From: Candidatus Tanganyikabacteria bacterium
GTDB taxonomy: Bacteria > Cyanobacteriota > Sericytochromatia > S15B-MN24 > VGJW01
Length of the DNA stretch: 64,000 nucleotides
Assembly (NCBI GenBank): GCA_016867265.1
Contig: VGJW01000008.1
Location: forward strand, 66,552 to 130,551
Direction: 5' to 3'
Shown here one piece after another: positions 8,805 to 17,127 of the stretch. The position numbers and the translations under genes are program-made. Below the pieces are notes generated by a model. The model was not told where the DNA came from, made no database searches, and was given only the letters and a program-made list of their open reading frames with translations. Position 1 is the stretch's first letter, and the number at the start of each line of letters is the position of its first letter.

Positions 8805-9784
8805 CGGACGAGATTCGCGACTCGTTCCCGTTCAAGCCGCGTCTGCCGGGCGATCAGCCGCCGGGCAAGCTGGGACCCGTGGCCCCGGAATACACGCTGC
8901 CGCCCGGACCCGAGCCGGATGCCCCGAGCCTGAGCGACGAGGCTTGGCCCGACGCCGAGTTCGACGTGCCCATCCACGGGGAAACGCCCGACGGGCCCAT
9001 CGGCCAGGACGAAGTCCCCGACCCTCAGGACCTGCCGCCGGGAGCCGGTGCCGATGCCCCATCACTTCTGGATGCCGAGGCTTGGCCCGACGCCGAGTTC
9101 GACGTCCCTCCCCCGGACGAGCCGTCGTTTGGCCAACCTGACTCCGGTCCGCTTGTCGGGCCTATCCGGGCGGAACCGACGGGCACATCGGCCTGGCGTG
9201 GCTTGCATGAGGGCCGACCGGCCGACGAAGCCCCGGCGCTGGCGATGCTCGAATTCGGATCCATCGTCGCGGCTTGGGAGGCCGCCGACGCCCTCTGCAA
9301 GCGAGCGCCCGTCGACCTGCTGCTGGTGCGGCCCGCAAGCCCCGGCAAGGGCCTCGTGGTCTTCGCGGGCGCGGTGGCCGAGGTCGAGGAGTCGATGCAG
9401 GCCGGCAGGACCGTGGCCCCCGAGGTCCTGGTGGATGCCATGTTGCTGCCCCACGCCGCACCCGACCTGCTGCTACGCCTGCGCAGGGGCACCGAGCCAC
9501 CGGACGCCACCAGCCCCGTCGCCCTCGTCGAGTCGTTCGCCTGCGCAGGTGCCCTCGCTGCGGCCGATGCCGCCCTCAAGGCGGCCGACGTGCGCCTACA
9601 CCTGATCAAGCTGGCCGACGGCCTGGGCGGCAAGGCCTGGTTCGTGCTGGGCGGCGGGCTCGAGGACCTCGAGGTGGCCGTGACCGCGGCCCGGGCCCAT
9701 CTCGACCCCTTGGGCCTGACGTGCCGGACGCTGGTGCTGCCCAGTCCCCATCCGGACCTGCGTGTCCATTTGCAGGAGGCCTAG
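8801..9784 (+). CDS. PduT-like tandem BMC-T shell protein with ~145-aa acidic/Pro-rich N-terminal extension
   Basis: ALAMLEFGSIVAAWEAADALCKRAPV...PGKGLVVFAGAVAEVEES; second domain AADAALKAADV...GLGGKA...LPSPHPDL; ATGA overlap with the upstream gene. Confidence 0.88.
   Translation: MTDEIRDSFPFKPRLPGDQPPGKLGPVAPEYTLPPGPEPDAPSLSDEAWPDAEFDVPIHGETPDGPIGQDEVPDPQDLPPGAGADAPSLLDAEAWPDAEFDVPPPDEPSFGQPDSGPLVGPIRAEPTGTSAWRGLHEGRPADEAPALAMLEFGSIVAAWEAADALCKRAPVDLLLVRPASPGKGLVVFAGAVAEVEESMQAGRTVAPEVLVDAMLLPHAAPDLLLRLRRGTEPPDATSPVALVESFACAGALAAADAALKAADVRLHLIKLADGLGGKAWFVLGGGLEDLEVAVTAARAHLDPLGLTCRTLVLPSPHPDLRVHLQEA
8938..9105 (+). repeat. 30-bp exact direct repeat in the BMC-T extension, encoding EAWPDAEFDV twice
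   Basis: cgaggcttggcccgacgccgagttcgacgt at 8938-8967 and 9076-9105. Confidence 0.9.
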
Positions 9785-9788
9785 GCCC

Positions 9789-10064
9789 ATGTTCGTCGGC
9801 GAGGTCATCGGATCACTGGTCGCCACCGTCAAGGACCCCTCTCTCCAGGGCATCAAGCTGATGCTCGTGCAACCCCTTGACGACGAGGGACAACCCGCCG
9901 GCCAGCCCCTCGTCGCGACCGATAGCATCGGCGTCGGCGTGGGCGAACGCGCCTTCTGCATCCTCGGGCGCGAGGCGGCCCTCGCCCTGCCCGACAGCTT
10001 TGCGCCGGTCGACGCAGGCATCGTCGGCATCGTCGACCGGGCGGACAAGGACGAGGAGGCCTAG
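9789..10064 (+). CDS. BMC-P vertex protein #2
   Basis: MFVGEVIGSLVATVKDPSLQGIKLMLV, VATDSIGVGVGE, GREAA, PVDAGIVGIVD. Confidence 0.92.
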   Translation: MFVGEVIGSLVATVKDPSLQGIKLMLVQPLDDEGQPAGQPLVATDSIGVGVGERAFCILGREAALALPDSFAPVDAGIVGIVDRADKDEEA

Positions 10065-10068
10065 GGAC

Positions 10069-10350
10069 ATGCTGCTGGCCAAGGTCACGGGTACCGTCGT
10101 CGCCACCTTGAAACACCCCGATCTCGAAGGGCACAAACTGATGCAGGTGCAGCCCATCCTGCCTGACGGGACCTCCAAGGGCGCCTCGTTCGTGGCGATC
10201 GACCTCGTCCAGGCGGGGCCCGGGGCCACGGTGCTGGTAGCCCGCGAGGGCGGCAGCGCCCGCATCGCCTTCGGCAAGGACGACGCACCCGTGCACGCCG
10301 TCATCCTGGGCATCGTAGATGCCGTCGCGGGCACGACCGTCTCCTCGTGA
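10069..10350 (+). CDS. BMC-P vertex protein #3
   Basis: MLLAKVTGTVVATLKHPDLEGHKLMQV, VAIDLVQAGPG, EGGSAR, PVHAVILGIVD. Confidence 0.92.
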   Translation: MLLAKVTGTVVATLKHPDLEGHKLMQVQPILPDGTSKGASFVAIDLVQAGPGATVLVAREGGSARIAFGKDDAPVHAVILGIVDAVAGTTVSS

Positions 10351-10457
10351 AGACAGACCGGACCCGGCGTGTGTCCCTCGTCCTTGACGGCATCGGGCGG
10401 GCGGGGTAGGTGGAGAACAGGCGACCCACCACGTGCCGGCGCCAAGGAGGTCCAGCC

Positions 10458-11942
10458 GTGTCCCGTCGATTCCCGTTGCAGCGCCTGCCGGGTGCCACCC
10501 TGCTTGCCCTCGCGCTGGCCGGGGCCGGAGCAGGCTGTTTCTGGCCGAACCCGATCATCAACTCGATCGCCGCGACGAACAACCAGCTCTACGTCGGCGA
10601 ATCGACGACCATCACCGTCACGGCCAGCACCAACCCGGGTCGCGAGCTGCAGTTCCAGGCGACCGCCGCCCGCGGCCGCATCTTGCAGACGGACACCCGC
10701 AGCCGGACCTTCACGTACATTGCCCCATTCACGGCAGCCGCGCCCGATAATGCGGGCAACCAGGTCATCGGCGACCGCGTGACGATTCGCGTCATCGACG
10801 GCACGGCCGTCGTGGATCAGGTCCTGACCATGAACCTCAACGGCAGCACCGTGATCTTCAAGGACGAGGCCAACGCGACGACGGGCCAGGGGCAGCCGTG
10901 CGAGCCCGGGGCCACGTTGACGGACTGCAACGGCCCCCTCTATGTCGGCGTGGTCGATGAGGTCAGCCAGGTCGTCCGCAACATCCGGCCGCTCAAGAAC
11001 CGAGCCGGTCAGGCGCTGCGGGGCACGCAGCCGGCCATCTCTCCCGACGGCCGGCGCATCGCCTACGTCGAATACTCGGGGACGACGGGCGGTTCCGCCA
11101 TCCAGTCGGTGGACTCGGCCGGCGACGTCCGCACCGTGGTCATCGCCGAACCCGCCGTCCTGAACGTGGACCCCACTTGGACCGGGCCGGGGAACGAGAT
11201 TCTCTTCGCGAGCAACCGGGGCAACCGGGGCTTCGACATCTACCGGGCCATTCCCGACCAGCAAGGGTCGGTGCCCACCCAGCTGACCTCTTCGGCGGCT
11301 GACGAGCGCTTTCCCTCGGCCAACCCCAATCTGACGGGCCAGATCGACCTTGTCGTCTCGGCGCAGGCCAACTCCCTGGGTGACCTCAACAACCGGACAC
11401 CAACCGCGGCGTGGAACTTGTTCACCTTCGATCGCCAGACAGGCACCACGGGTGGCTTGGGTTACGTCGACCAGCTGACCAACCTGTCCCAGACCGGTGA
11501 CTATGCCGTCGAAGCCCGATGGCGCCCGGACGGCCAGTGGATCGCCTTCACGCAGAACGGCCCCGTTGCCAATGCGCAGTCGACCTCGTCCCGGTTCCAG
11601 CGCGTCGTCATCCAGGAGATCGCCAAGCCCCGCGGGTCCGGCTGCGCCCTGACGGTCGCCTTCACGGCCCCCCAGTCCGACTACAAGGAAGGCAATCCCG
11701 TCTGGAGTCCCCGCAACCAGGAGCTGTTCTACCTCGACACCAACGGCCCGGATGTCATCGCCGGAGCCACCCAACTGCGCCGCATCCTGCCCAACCTGGG
11801 CTGCGCGTCAGGCCAGCAGGGCGGCAACCAGCAGGCGCCGCAGCCCGTCGGCATCACGGGCGTGTCCCGCCCTGCGGTCCTACGCGTCACCGTCGGCAAC
11901 GGCAACAACATCGTCGGCGGCTGGGGCATGGACTGGCGCTGA
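10458..11942 (+). CDS. Lipoprotein with Ig-like N-domain and TolB/PD40-type beta-propeller
   Basis: GTG after AAGGAGG; lipobox LALALAGAGAG-C; PAISPDGRRIAY, PTWTGPGNEILFASNR, ARWRPDGQWIAF, PVWSPRNQELFY. Confidence 0.8.
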   Translation: MSRRFPLQRLPGATLLALALAGAGAGCFWPNPIINSIAATNNQLYVGESTTITVTASTNPGRELQFQATAARGRILQTDTRSRTFTYIAPFTAAAPDNAGNQVIGDRVTIRVIDGTAVVDQVLTMNLNGSTVIFKDEANATTGQGQPCEPGATLTDCNGPLYVGVVDEVSQVVRNIRPLKNRAGQALRGTQPAISPDGRRIAYVEYSGTTGGSAIQSVDSAGDVRTVVIAEPAVLNVDPTWTGPGNEILFASNRGNRGFDIYRAIPDQQGSVPTQLTSSAADERFPSANPNLTGQIDLVVSAQANSLGDLNNRTPTAAWNLFTFDRQTGTTGGLGYVDQLTNLSQTGDYAVEARWRPDGQWIAFTQNGPVANAQSTSSRFQRVVIQEIAKPRGSGCALTVAFTAPQSDYKEGNPVWSPRNQELFYLDTNGPDVIAGATQLRRILPNLGCASGQQGGNQQAPQPVGITGVSRPAVLRVTVGNGNNIVGGWGMDWR

Positions 11943-11957
11943 GCGCCAGACGAGGCC

Positions 11958-12374
11958 TCAGGGCGATGCCGCCTCCTGCTCGAGCCGTTCGGCAAGTTGC
12001 AACAGGTCATCGAGGCCTGAATCCAGAACGGCTTGGACCACGGCAGGGTCCAAGCGGTCATAGGTGTGGACAAGCGCATTCCGGAACGCCACCATCCGCG
12101 TCAGCCGTTCGGCCAGACCCACCGGAAGGCATTCGGCACGGGCGAGCGTGATGAAGGCATCGCGGCGCTCGCCCACGACTCCCAAACGCCTCATGCGCAT
12201 CAAGCGAAGTGCGCCGTCGATGGCGGATTCGCAGGCACGTTGCAAGTTGGCGGACACGGCGTCCTGCACCAGGAAAGACACGTCCAGCCAGGCCTCGCCG
12301 GCCATGTAGCTGCGGACTTGGCCAACGGCACGACGGACTTGCCCGGCCTTCAGGCGCAAGACCTCATCCGGCAC
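11958..12374 (-). CDS. hepT: HEPN (DUF86/HepT-like) RNase toxin
   Basis: RX4HXY motif RNALVHTY; LQRACESAID; overlaps the upstream MNT gene. Confidence 0.85.
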   Translation of the reverse strand: MPDEVLRLKAGQVRRAVGQVRSYMAGEAWLDVSFLVQDAVSANLQRACESAIDGALRLMRMRRLGVVGERRDAFITLARAECLPVGLAERLTRMVAFRNALVHTYDRLDPAVVQAVLDSGLDDLLQLAERLEQEAASP

Positions 12375-12768
12375 GACGATGCTCCGGCCCCCACCCCGGG
12401 CCCATGGTCCGCTCGCGCATGGCCTCGCCCTCGAGGAAGTCCAGATGGTCCGACCAGGCGTGGAGCAGGAAGAGCTCGGCCTCGACCTCGGACGCGGCCC
12501 AGACGAGCCGCCCCTCGTCCAGAACCTGCACGGCCAGCACGTCGGAGGCCCGGCGCAGATCGACGAGATCGACCGAACCCCCGCAGAGGGCCTCAACTTC
12601 GTGCAAGGCATCCAGCAGGGTCAGTCCATCCAGCGTGTCGCGGCCCAACAGGGCCAGGTCCCAGTCGCTGTCCGGCACGGCGTCGCCCCGCGCCCGACTC
12701 CCGAAGAGCCATACGGCGCGGAGGTCCGGCAACCGCTCCCGCAGCAACGCCACAACCCGCTCGTCCAC
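12364..12768 (-). CDS. mntA: Minimal nucleotidyltransferase antitoxin (MntA-like)
   Basis: GSX10DXD motif FGSRARGDAVPDSDWD; VDLVDL; GTG start 6 nt after a TACGAT -10 box. Confidence 0.85.
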   Translation of the reverse strand: MDERVVALLRERLPDLRAVWLFGSRARGDAVPDSDWDLALLGRDTLDGLTLLDALHEVEALCGGSVDLVDLRRASDVLAVQVLDEGRLVWAASEVEAELFLLHAWSDHLDFLEGEAMRERTMGPGWGPEHRRAG

Positions 12769-12846
12769 CGTTCGATCGTACCCTTCCCCGCTACCTGCTA
12801 GCATGGCCCGGGCCGGATGGTCCCAAGTCTGCCGAGGAGAGTCTCG

Positions 12847-14628
12847 ATGCGCATGAGCCGCCTGCTCGCGCCCACCCTGCGCGAAGTCCCGGGTGACGCC
12901 GAGATCGCCAGCCACCAGTTGCTGCTCAGGGCCGGCTTCATCCGCCGCGTGTCGCCGGGTGTCTACAACTTCCTCCCCCTGATGGAGCGCGTCGTCCGCA
13001 AGGTGGCCCAGATCGTCCGCGAGGAGATGGATCGGTCCGGCGCACAGGAGGTCCGGATGCCCATCCTTTGCCCGGCAGACCTGTGGCAGCAGTCTGGCCG
13101 CTGGGGCGCCTACGGCAAGGAGATGTTCCGCCTGAAGAACCGTCACGAACGCGACGAGCTGCTTGGCCCCACCCACGAGGAGGTCGTCACGGCCATTGCC
13201 CGCGAAGAGGTCCGCAGCTACCGGCAACTGCCGCTGAACCTCTACCAGATCCAGACCAAGTTCCGTGACGAGATCCGGCCCCGCTTCGGGTTGCTGCGCG
13301 GCCGCGAGTTCCTGATGAAGGACGCCTACAGCTTTCATGTCGACACGGCAGACCTCGAGCGCGAATACGCCGCCATGTGCGACACCTACACGTCGATCTT
13401 CAATCGCTGCGGCCTCGCGACCCGGGCCGTGGAATCCGATGTCGGCGCCATCGGCGGCTCAGCGGCCCATGAGTTCATGGTCATCGTCGACACCCCGGGC
13501 GGCGAGTGCGACATCCTCTACAGCGACGCGTGCGACTACGCCGCCAATGTCGAGCGGGCCGAAACGCGGGTGGCTCTCCCCACGTACACCCCGACCGACG
13601 CCGCCCGGGAGAAGGTCCATACCCCTGCCATCCGCACCGTGGCCGAGCAAGCCGCGATGCTGGGCATCCCAGTCGACCAGATCGTCAAGACCGTGGTGAC
13701 GCTCGCGACGTGGTTCGACGGTCCCGAGGGCAAGCCCCGGCACCAGGCCGTGGTGGCCGTGCTGCGCGGCGACCTGAAGCTCAACCTCGTCAAGCTCCAG
13801 AACCACCTCGGATGCCATGAGCTGCGCACGGCCAGCGACGAGGAAGTCCTGTCGCACACAGGCGTCGTGCCTGGCTTCGTCGGTCCCTTCGATCTGCCCC
13901 GGGGCGTCTTGCTGGTGGGTGACCGTTCCGTCGAAACGATGCGCGACTTCTCCACCGGCGCCAGCGAGAAGGACATGCACTATATCCATGCCTCGTGGTC
14001 CGACGCATGCCGCCCGGCCTCGGTCGCGGACCTCGTGCAGGCCGAGGCCGGCATGCCGTGTCCGCGCACGCCCGGCGGCACCCTTCGGGCGACCAAGGGC
14101 ATCGAGGTAGGCAACACTTTCAAGCTCGGCACCAAGTACTCCAAGGCCATGGGTGCGACGTTCACCACGGCCGAAGGTGGCGAGGAGCCCTTCGTGATGG
14201 GCTGCTACGGCATCGGCGTGACCCGGACGGCCCAAGCGGCCGCCGAGGCGTGCCACGACGCCAACGGCATCGCGTGGCCGGTAGCCATCGCCCCTTATCA
14301 TCTGGTCATCATCCCGGCCAACCCCAAGGACGAGGCCGTCGTGGCCGCCGCCGAGCAGTTGTACGCCCAGGCGGCCAAAGCCGGTATCGAGGCCGTGATC
14401 GACGACCGCGACGAACGGGCGGGCGTCAAGTTCAAGGACGCCGACCTCATCGGCTTCCCGTACCGCATCACGGTGGGCAAGGCCCTCGCCGAAGGCAAGG
14501 TCGAGTTCAAGCCCCGGCTTGCCTCCGAGGTCGCCACCCTGCCCGTCGACTCCGTCATCGACCACGTCGCGGGCCTGGTCCGCGAGGCCACCTCGGGCGC
14601 GCCGGCACCGGCGCCCGTTCTCGCCTGA
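12847..14628 (+). CDS. proS: Proline--tRNA ligase (bacterial type with INS editing domain)
   Basis: SHQLLLRAGFIR, LGPTHEE, FRDEIRPRFGLLRGREFLMKDAYSF, GIEVGNTFKLG, MGCYGIG, GVKFKDADLIG. Confidence 0.97.
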   Translation: MRMSRLLAPTLREVPGDAEIASHQLLLRAGFIRRVSPGVYNFLPLMERVVRKVAQIVREEMDRSGAQEVRMPILCPADLWQQSGRWGAYGKEMFRLKNRHERDELLGPTHEEVVTAIAREEVRSYRQLPLNLYQIQTKFRDEIRPRFGLLRGREFLMKDAYSFHVDTADLEREYAAMCDTYTSIFNRCGLATRAVESDVGAIGGSAAHEFMVIVDTPGGECDILYSDACDYAANVERAETRVALPTYTPTDAAREKVHTPAIRTVAEQAAMLGIPVDQIVKTVVTLATWFDGPEGKPRHQAVVAVLRGDLKLNLVKLQNHLGCHELRTASDEEVLSHTGVVPGFVGPFDLPRGVLLVGDRSVETMRDFSTGASEKDMHYIHASWSDACRPASVADLVQAEAGMPCPRTPGGTLRATKGIEVGNTFKLGTKYSKAMGATFTTAEGGEEPFVMGCYGIGVTRTAQAAAEACHDANGIAWPVAIAPYHLVIIPANPKDEAVVAAAEQLYAQAAKAGIEAVIDDRDERAGVKFKDADLIGFPYRITVGKALAEGKVEFKPRLASEVATLPVDSVIDHVAGLVREATSGAPAPAPVLA

Positions 14629-14735
14629 CGCGACAGACCACCATACGACATCTCCGACGGCCCGCGGGTGGCCTCAAGTCTGCGCCTCGGGGCGTCGGAG
14701 ACAAGTCCGGAGGCGGTTCCGGGTATAACCCATCC

Positions 14736-16721
14736 ATGTACGCCCGCCCCCAGCTACTTGCAGCATTTGTCGCCCTGCTCGCCGCCGTCAGCGTCGGCTG
14801 TTCGACGGCCACGATAAAGCCCCTGGCGGGCCAAGGGAGTGACAGTCTCGTGCCGCGAGCCCTGTCGCTCATCGAGGGTCAGGTTTCCGGACCACCCGGG
14901 CTCATCGCCAACGGCAGCGCCGGCCTCATCGCCAACGGCAGTGCGGGTCTGATCGCCAACGGCAGCGCCGGGCTCGTCACCCGCTCGGCCCAAGCCCTGC
15001 GTCGCCCCGGCGAGCGCTACCTGCCCGGCCAGGTCATTTACCTGAATCGCCCGGACGGAGAGTTCTTCCGCGACCAACTGGGCCGGCCAGTTTCGACCGT
15101 GACGGACGGCAGCGGCTACTACATGCTGCGCGACGATATCCCCCAGAGCGTGCCCGTCGTCATCAGCGTGCTGCTGCCGGGCGACCGCAGGCTGGTCGGC
15201 TTCACGAAGCCCGTGGCCGGCAGCAACCGCGTTGATGTCTCAGTGGCAACGACCATCGTGACGGAGTACCTGCGCGAGCAGGCGCCCGGCGACAAGAGTT
15301 CCATCGCTTCCTTCGATCTCCGCCTGGTGCCCGACCTGATCGATCGGACGGAGCAGTTGCTCGAGTCCGGCCTGATGGCGACACCCAGCCTGCGGATCGG
15401 CGACATCGCCGAAATGAACCGACTCTATGCAGTCGCCATCGGCCAGGACACCTTTGGCCTGGGCGCAGCATGGGAGAAGATGCTGAGCAAGCGCATCATC
15501 GCCGGCGTGGCCTTCGCCGGCACCGGCGACCCCTACTCCACCGTGCGCGACGGCACGGCCGCCCTGCAGGCGGGGCTCTCCGTCCCCAAGGGGATCGCAA
15601 CCGATGCGCTGGGCAACGTCTATGTCGCCGAGGAGGGCGGTCACCTCATCCGCAAGATATCGCCGACAGGCAAGGTCTCGGTCATCGGCGGCGTCGCCGT
15701 GGCTGACGTCGGCCGGCCGGGCTATCCCGGCAACGATCCCCGGGCAACGTCCTCGTACTTCAACTGGCCGCGCACCCTCGCCCTTGGACCGGACGGCAAC
15801 CTCTACGTCGCCGACGTCTTCAACATGCGCATCCGGGCCATCTGTCTCCAGCCGGCGATCACCTTCGGTCGGGACATGGCCGAGGTCGGCAACGTCTACA
15901 CCATCGTCGGCAAGCCCAACTGCCGCGAGGGCGCCTCGCAGTGCGACAACGGCTTCGAGCGTGACCGTGACGCTGTAGCAGGTGGCGATGGCGTGCCGGG
16001 CCTCGAGGCCCGCCTGACGGGCGTGCGCGGCATGGCCTTCGACGCCGACGGCAACCTCGTGTTCTCGGACAGCTGGGGCTGGCCCGCGAAGGGCAAGGAA
16101 AATGAGTACAGCGTGTCGGTCCGTCACCGCATCCGGGTGCTGGCCAGCAAGGCCGGACGCTTCTACGGCATCACGATGAAGGCCGGCCACGTCTACACCA
16201 TCGCCGGCAAGGACGGCGTGACCGGATTCGCGGGCGACGCGGCCCAGCCGGCGCTTGGTGCTCCGATCGGCTACCCGCAGGCCGTCATCGTTCGCAAGAA
16301 CGGCGACGTACTCTTCACCGAGGCCGACACGGACCGCATCCGCAGGATCTCCCCGGACGGCGTCCTGACGACCTTTGCCGGTGGTGGCCTCAAGCCTGTG
16401 TCAGGTGAAGTCTCGACCTACGGTGACGGCGAGTCCGCGCTGCGCGCCTACATCGGCCGGCCCTTCGGGCTTGTCGAGGACCAGGGTGGCAACGTCTACG
16501 TGACGATGCGCTCGGTCAACCTCATCCGCCGCATCAATCCAGCCGGCATCATCCAGACCATCGCCGGCACAGATGGGGCCGGCATCCGCGGTGACCATGA
16601 CGCCCGCCGCATGGCCCTGAACCAGCCCTTCGACCTGGCCATACTGCCAGATGGCAGCCTGCTGGCTTCGGAAGCCCGCGGCCATCGCCTGCTGCGCTTC
16701 TTCGTGCAGTGGGGCCTGTAG
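14736..16721 (+). CDS. Lipoprotein with octapeptide repeats and NHL-repeat beta-propeller
   Basis: Lipobox AVSVG-C; NHL repeats PKGIATDALGNVYVAE, PRTLALGPDGNLYVAD, PFGLVEDQGGNVYV, PFDLAILPDGSLLASE. Confidence 0.85.
   Translation: MYARPQLLAAFVALLAAVSVGCSTATIKPLAGQGSDSLVPRALSLIEGQVSGPPGLIANGSAGLIANGSAGLIANGSAGLVTRSAQALRRPGERYLPGQVIYLNRPDGEFFRDQLGRPVSTVTDGSGYYMLRDDIPQSVPVVISVLLPGDRRLVGFTKPVAGSNRVDVSVATTIVTEYLREQAPGDKSSIASFDLRLVPDLIDRTEQLLESGLMATPSLRIGDIAEMNRLYAVAIGQDTFGLGAAWEKMLSKRIIAGVAFAGTGDPYSTVRDGTAALQAGLSVPKGIATDALGNVYVAEEGGHLIRKISPTGKVSVIGGVAVADVGRPGYPGNDPRATSSYFNWPRTLALGPDGNLYVADVFNMRIRAICLQPAITFGRDMAEVGNVYTIVGKPNCREGASQCDNGFERDRDAVAGGDGVPGLEARLTGVRGMAFDADGNLVFSDSWGWPAKGKENEYSVSVRHRIRVLASKAGRFYGITMKAGHVYTIAGKDGVTGFAGDAAQPALGAPIGYPQAVIVRKNGDVLFTEADTDRIRRISPDGVLTTFAGGGLKPVSGEVSTYGDGESALRAYIGRPFGLVEDQGGNVYVTMRSVNLIRRINPAGIIQTIAGTDGAGIRGDHDARRMALNQPFDLAILPDGSLLASEARGHRLLRFFVQWGL
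14898..14969 (+). repeat. Three tandem 24-bp coding repeats (GLIANGSA)
   Basis: gggctcatcgccaacggcagcgcc / ggcctcatcgccaacggcagtgcg / ggtctgatcgccaacggcagcgcc; all differences are synonymous. Confidence 0.92.
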
Positions 16722-16745
16722 GCCCTCAAGGCGTATCCTGAATCC

Positions 16746-17039
16746 ATGGAAACAACCAACACCCTGACAGAGCCCAGCCTGCTGCAGATGCTGGCGCAGC
16801 GGGTTCCGGACGAGATGGCCCTGCCCCTGCTCGAGTCGTGCCTCGAGGTTCTGGGCCAGCCCCGCAAGCCCGTCTACACGATGGATGACGTGATTGCCAT
16901 CGGCGAGGTCCTGACCAGTGCGGCGGCAGCCCTGCTGGACGAGGGGCTCGGCATCCTTGAGGCCGAGGCCGGCAAGGAGACCGAGGTCGTCATCCAGCCC
17001 GTCGACGCAAAGGAAAGGAACACCGGCCGTCTCCTCTGA
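16746..17039 (+). CDS. Small acidic hypothetical protein
   Basis: 97-aa ORF with GC3-rich codons; TATCCT -10 box 6 nt before the ATG. Confidence 0.65.
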   Translation: METTNTLTEPSLLQMLAQRVPDEMALPLLESCLEVLGQPRKPVYTMDDVIAIGEVLTSAAAALLDEGLGILEAEAGKETEVVIQPVDAKERNTGRLL

Positions 17040-17127
17040 GCGACCGAGTCCCGGGCAAATCGCCCTGTAGCCAACTGATGAAGGCCAACCCAGTTGAACG
17101 GGACCGGCCTCGTGACTGACGCGCGCC

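Noticed and set aside
4578-10350. Carboxysome interpretation of the CcmK/CcmL/CcmP-like genes
   Set aside because: No RuBisCO, carbonic anhydrase, CcmM/N or CsoS2; the cargo is aldolase, isomerase and aldehyde dehydrogenase.
14898-14969. Tandem repeats as a CRISPR array
   Set aside because: No spacers, in-frame coding repeats with synonymous variation, and no cas genes.
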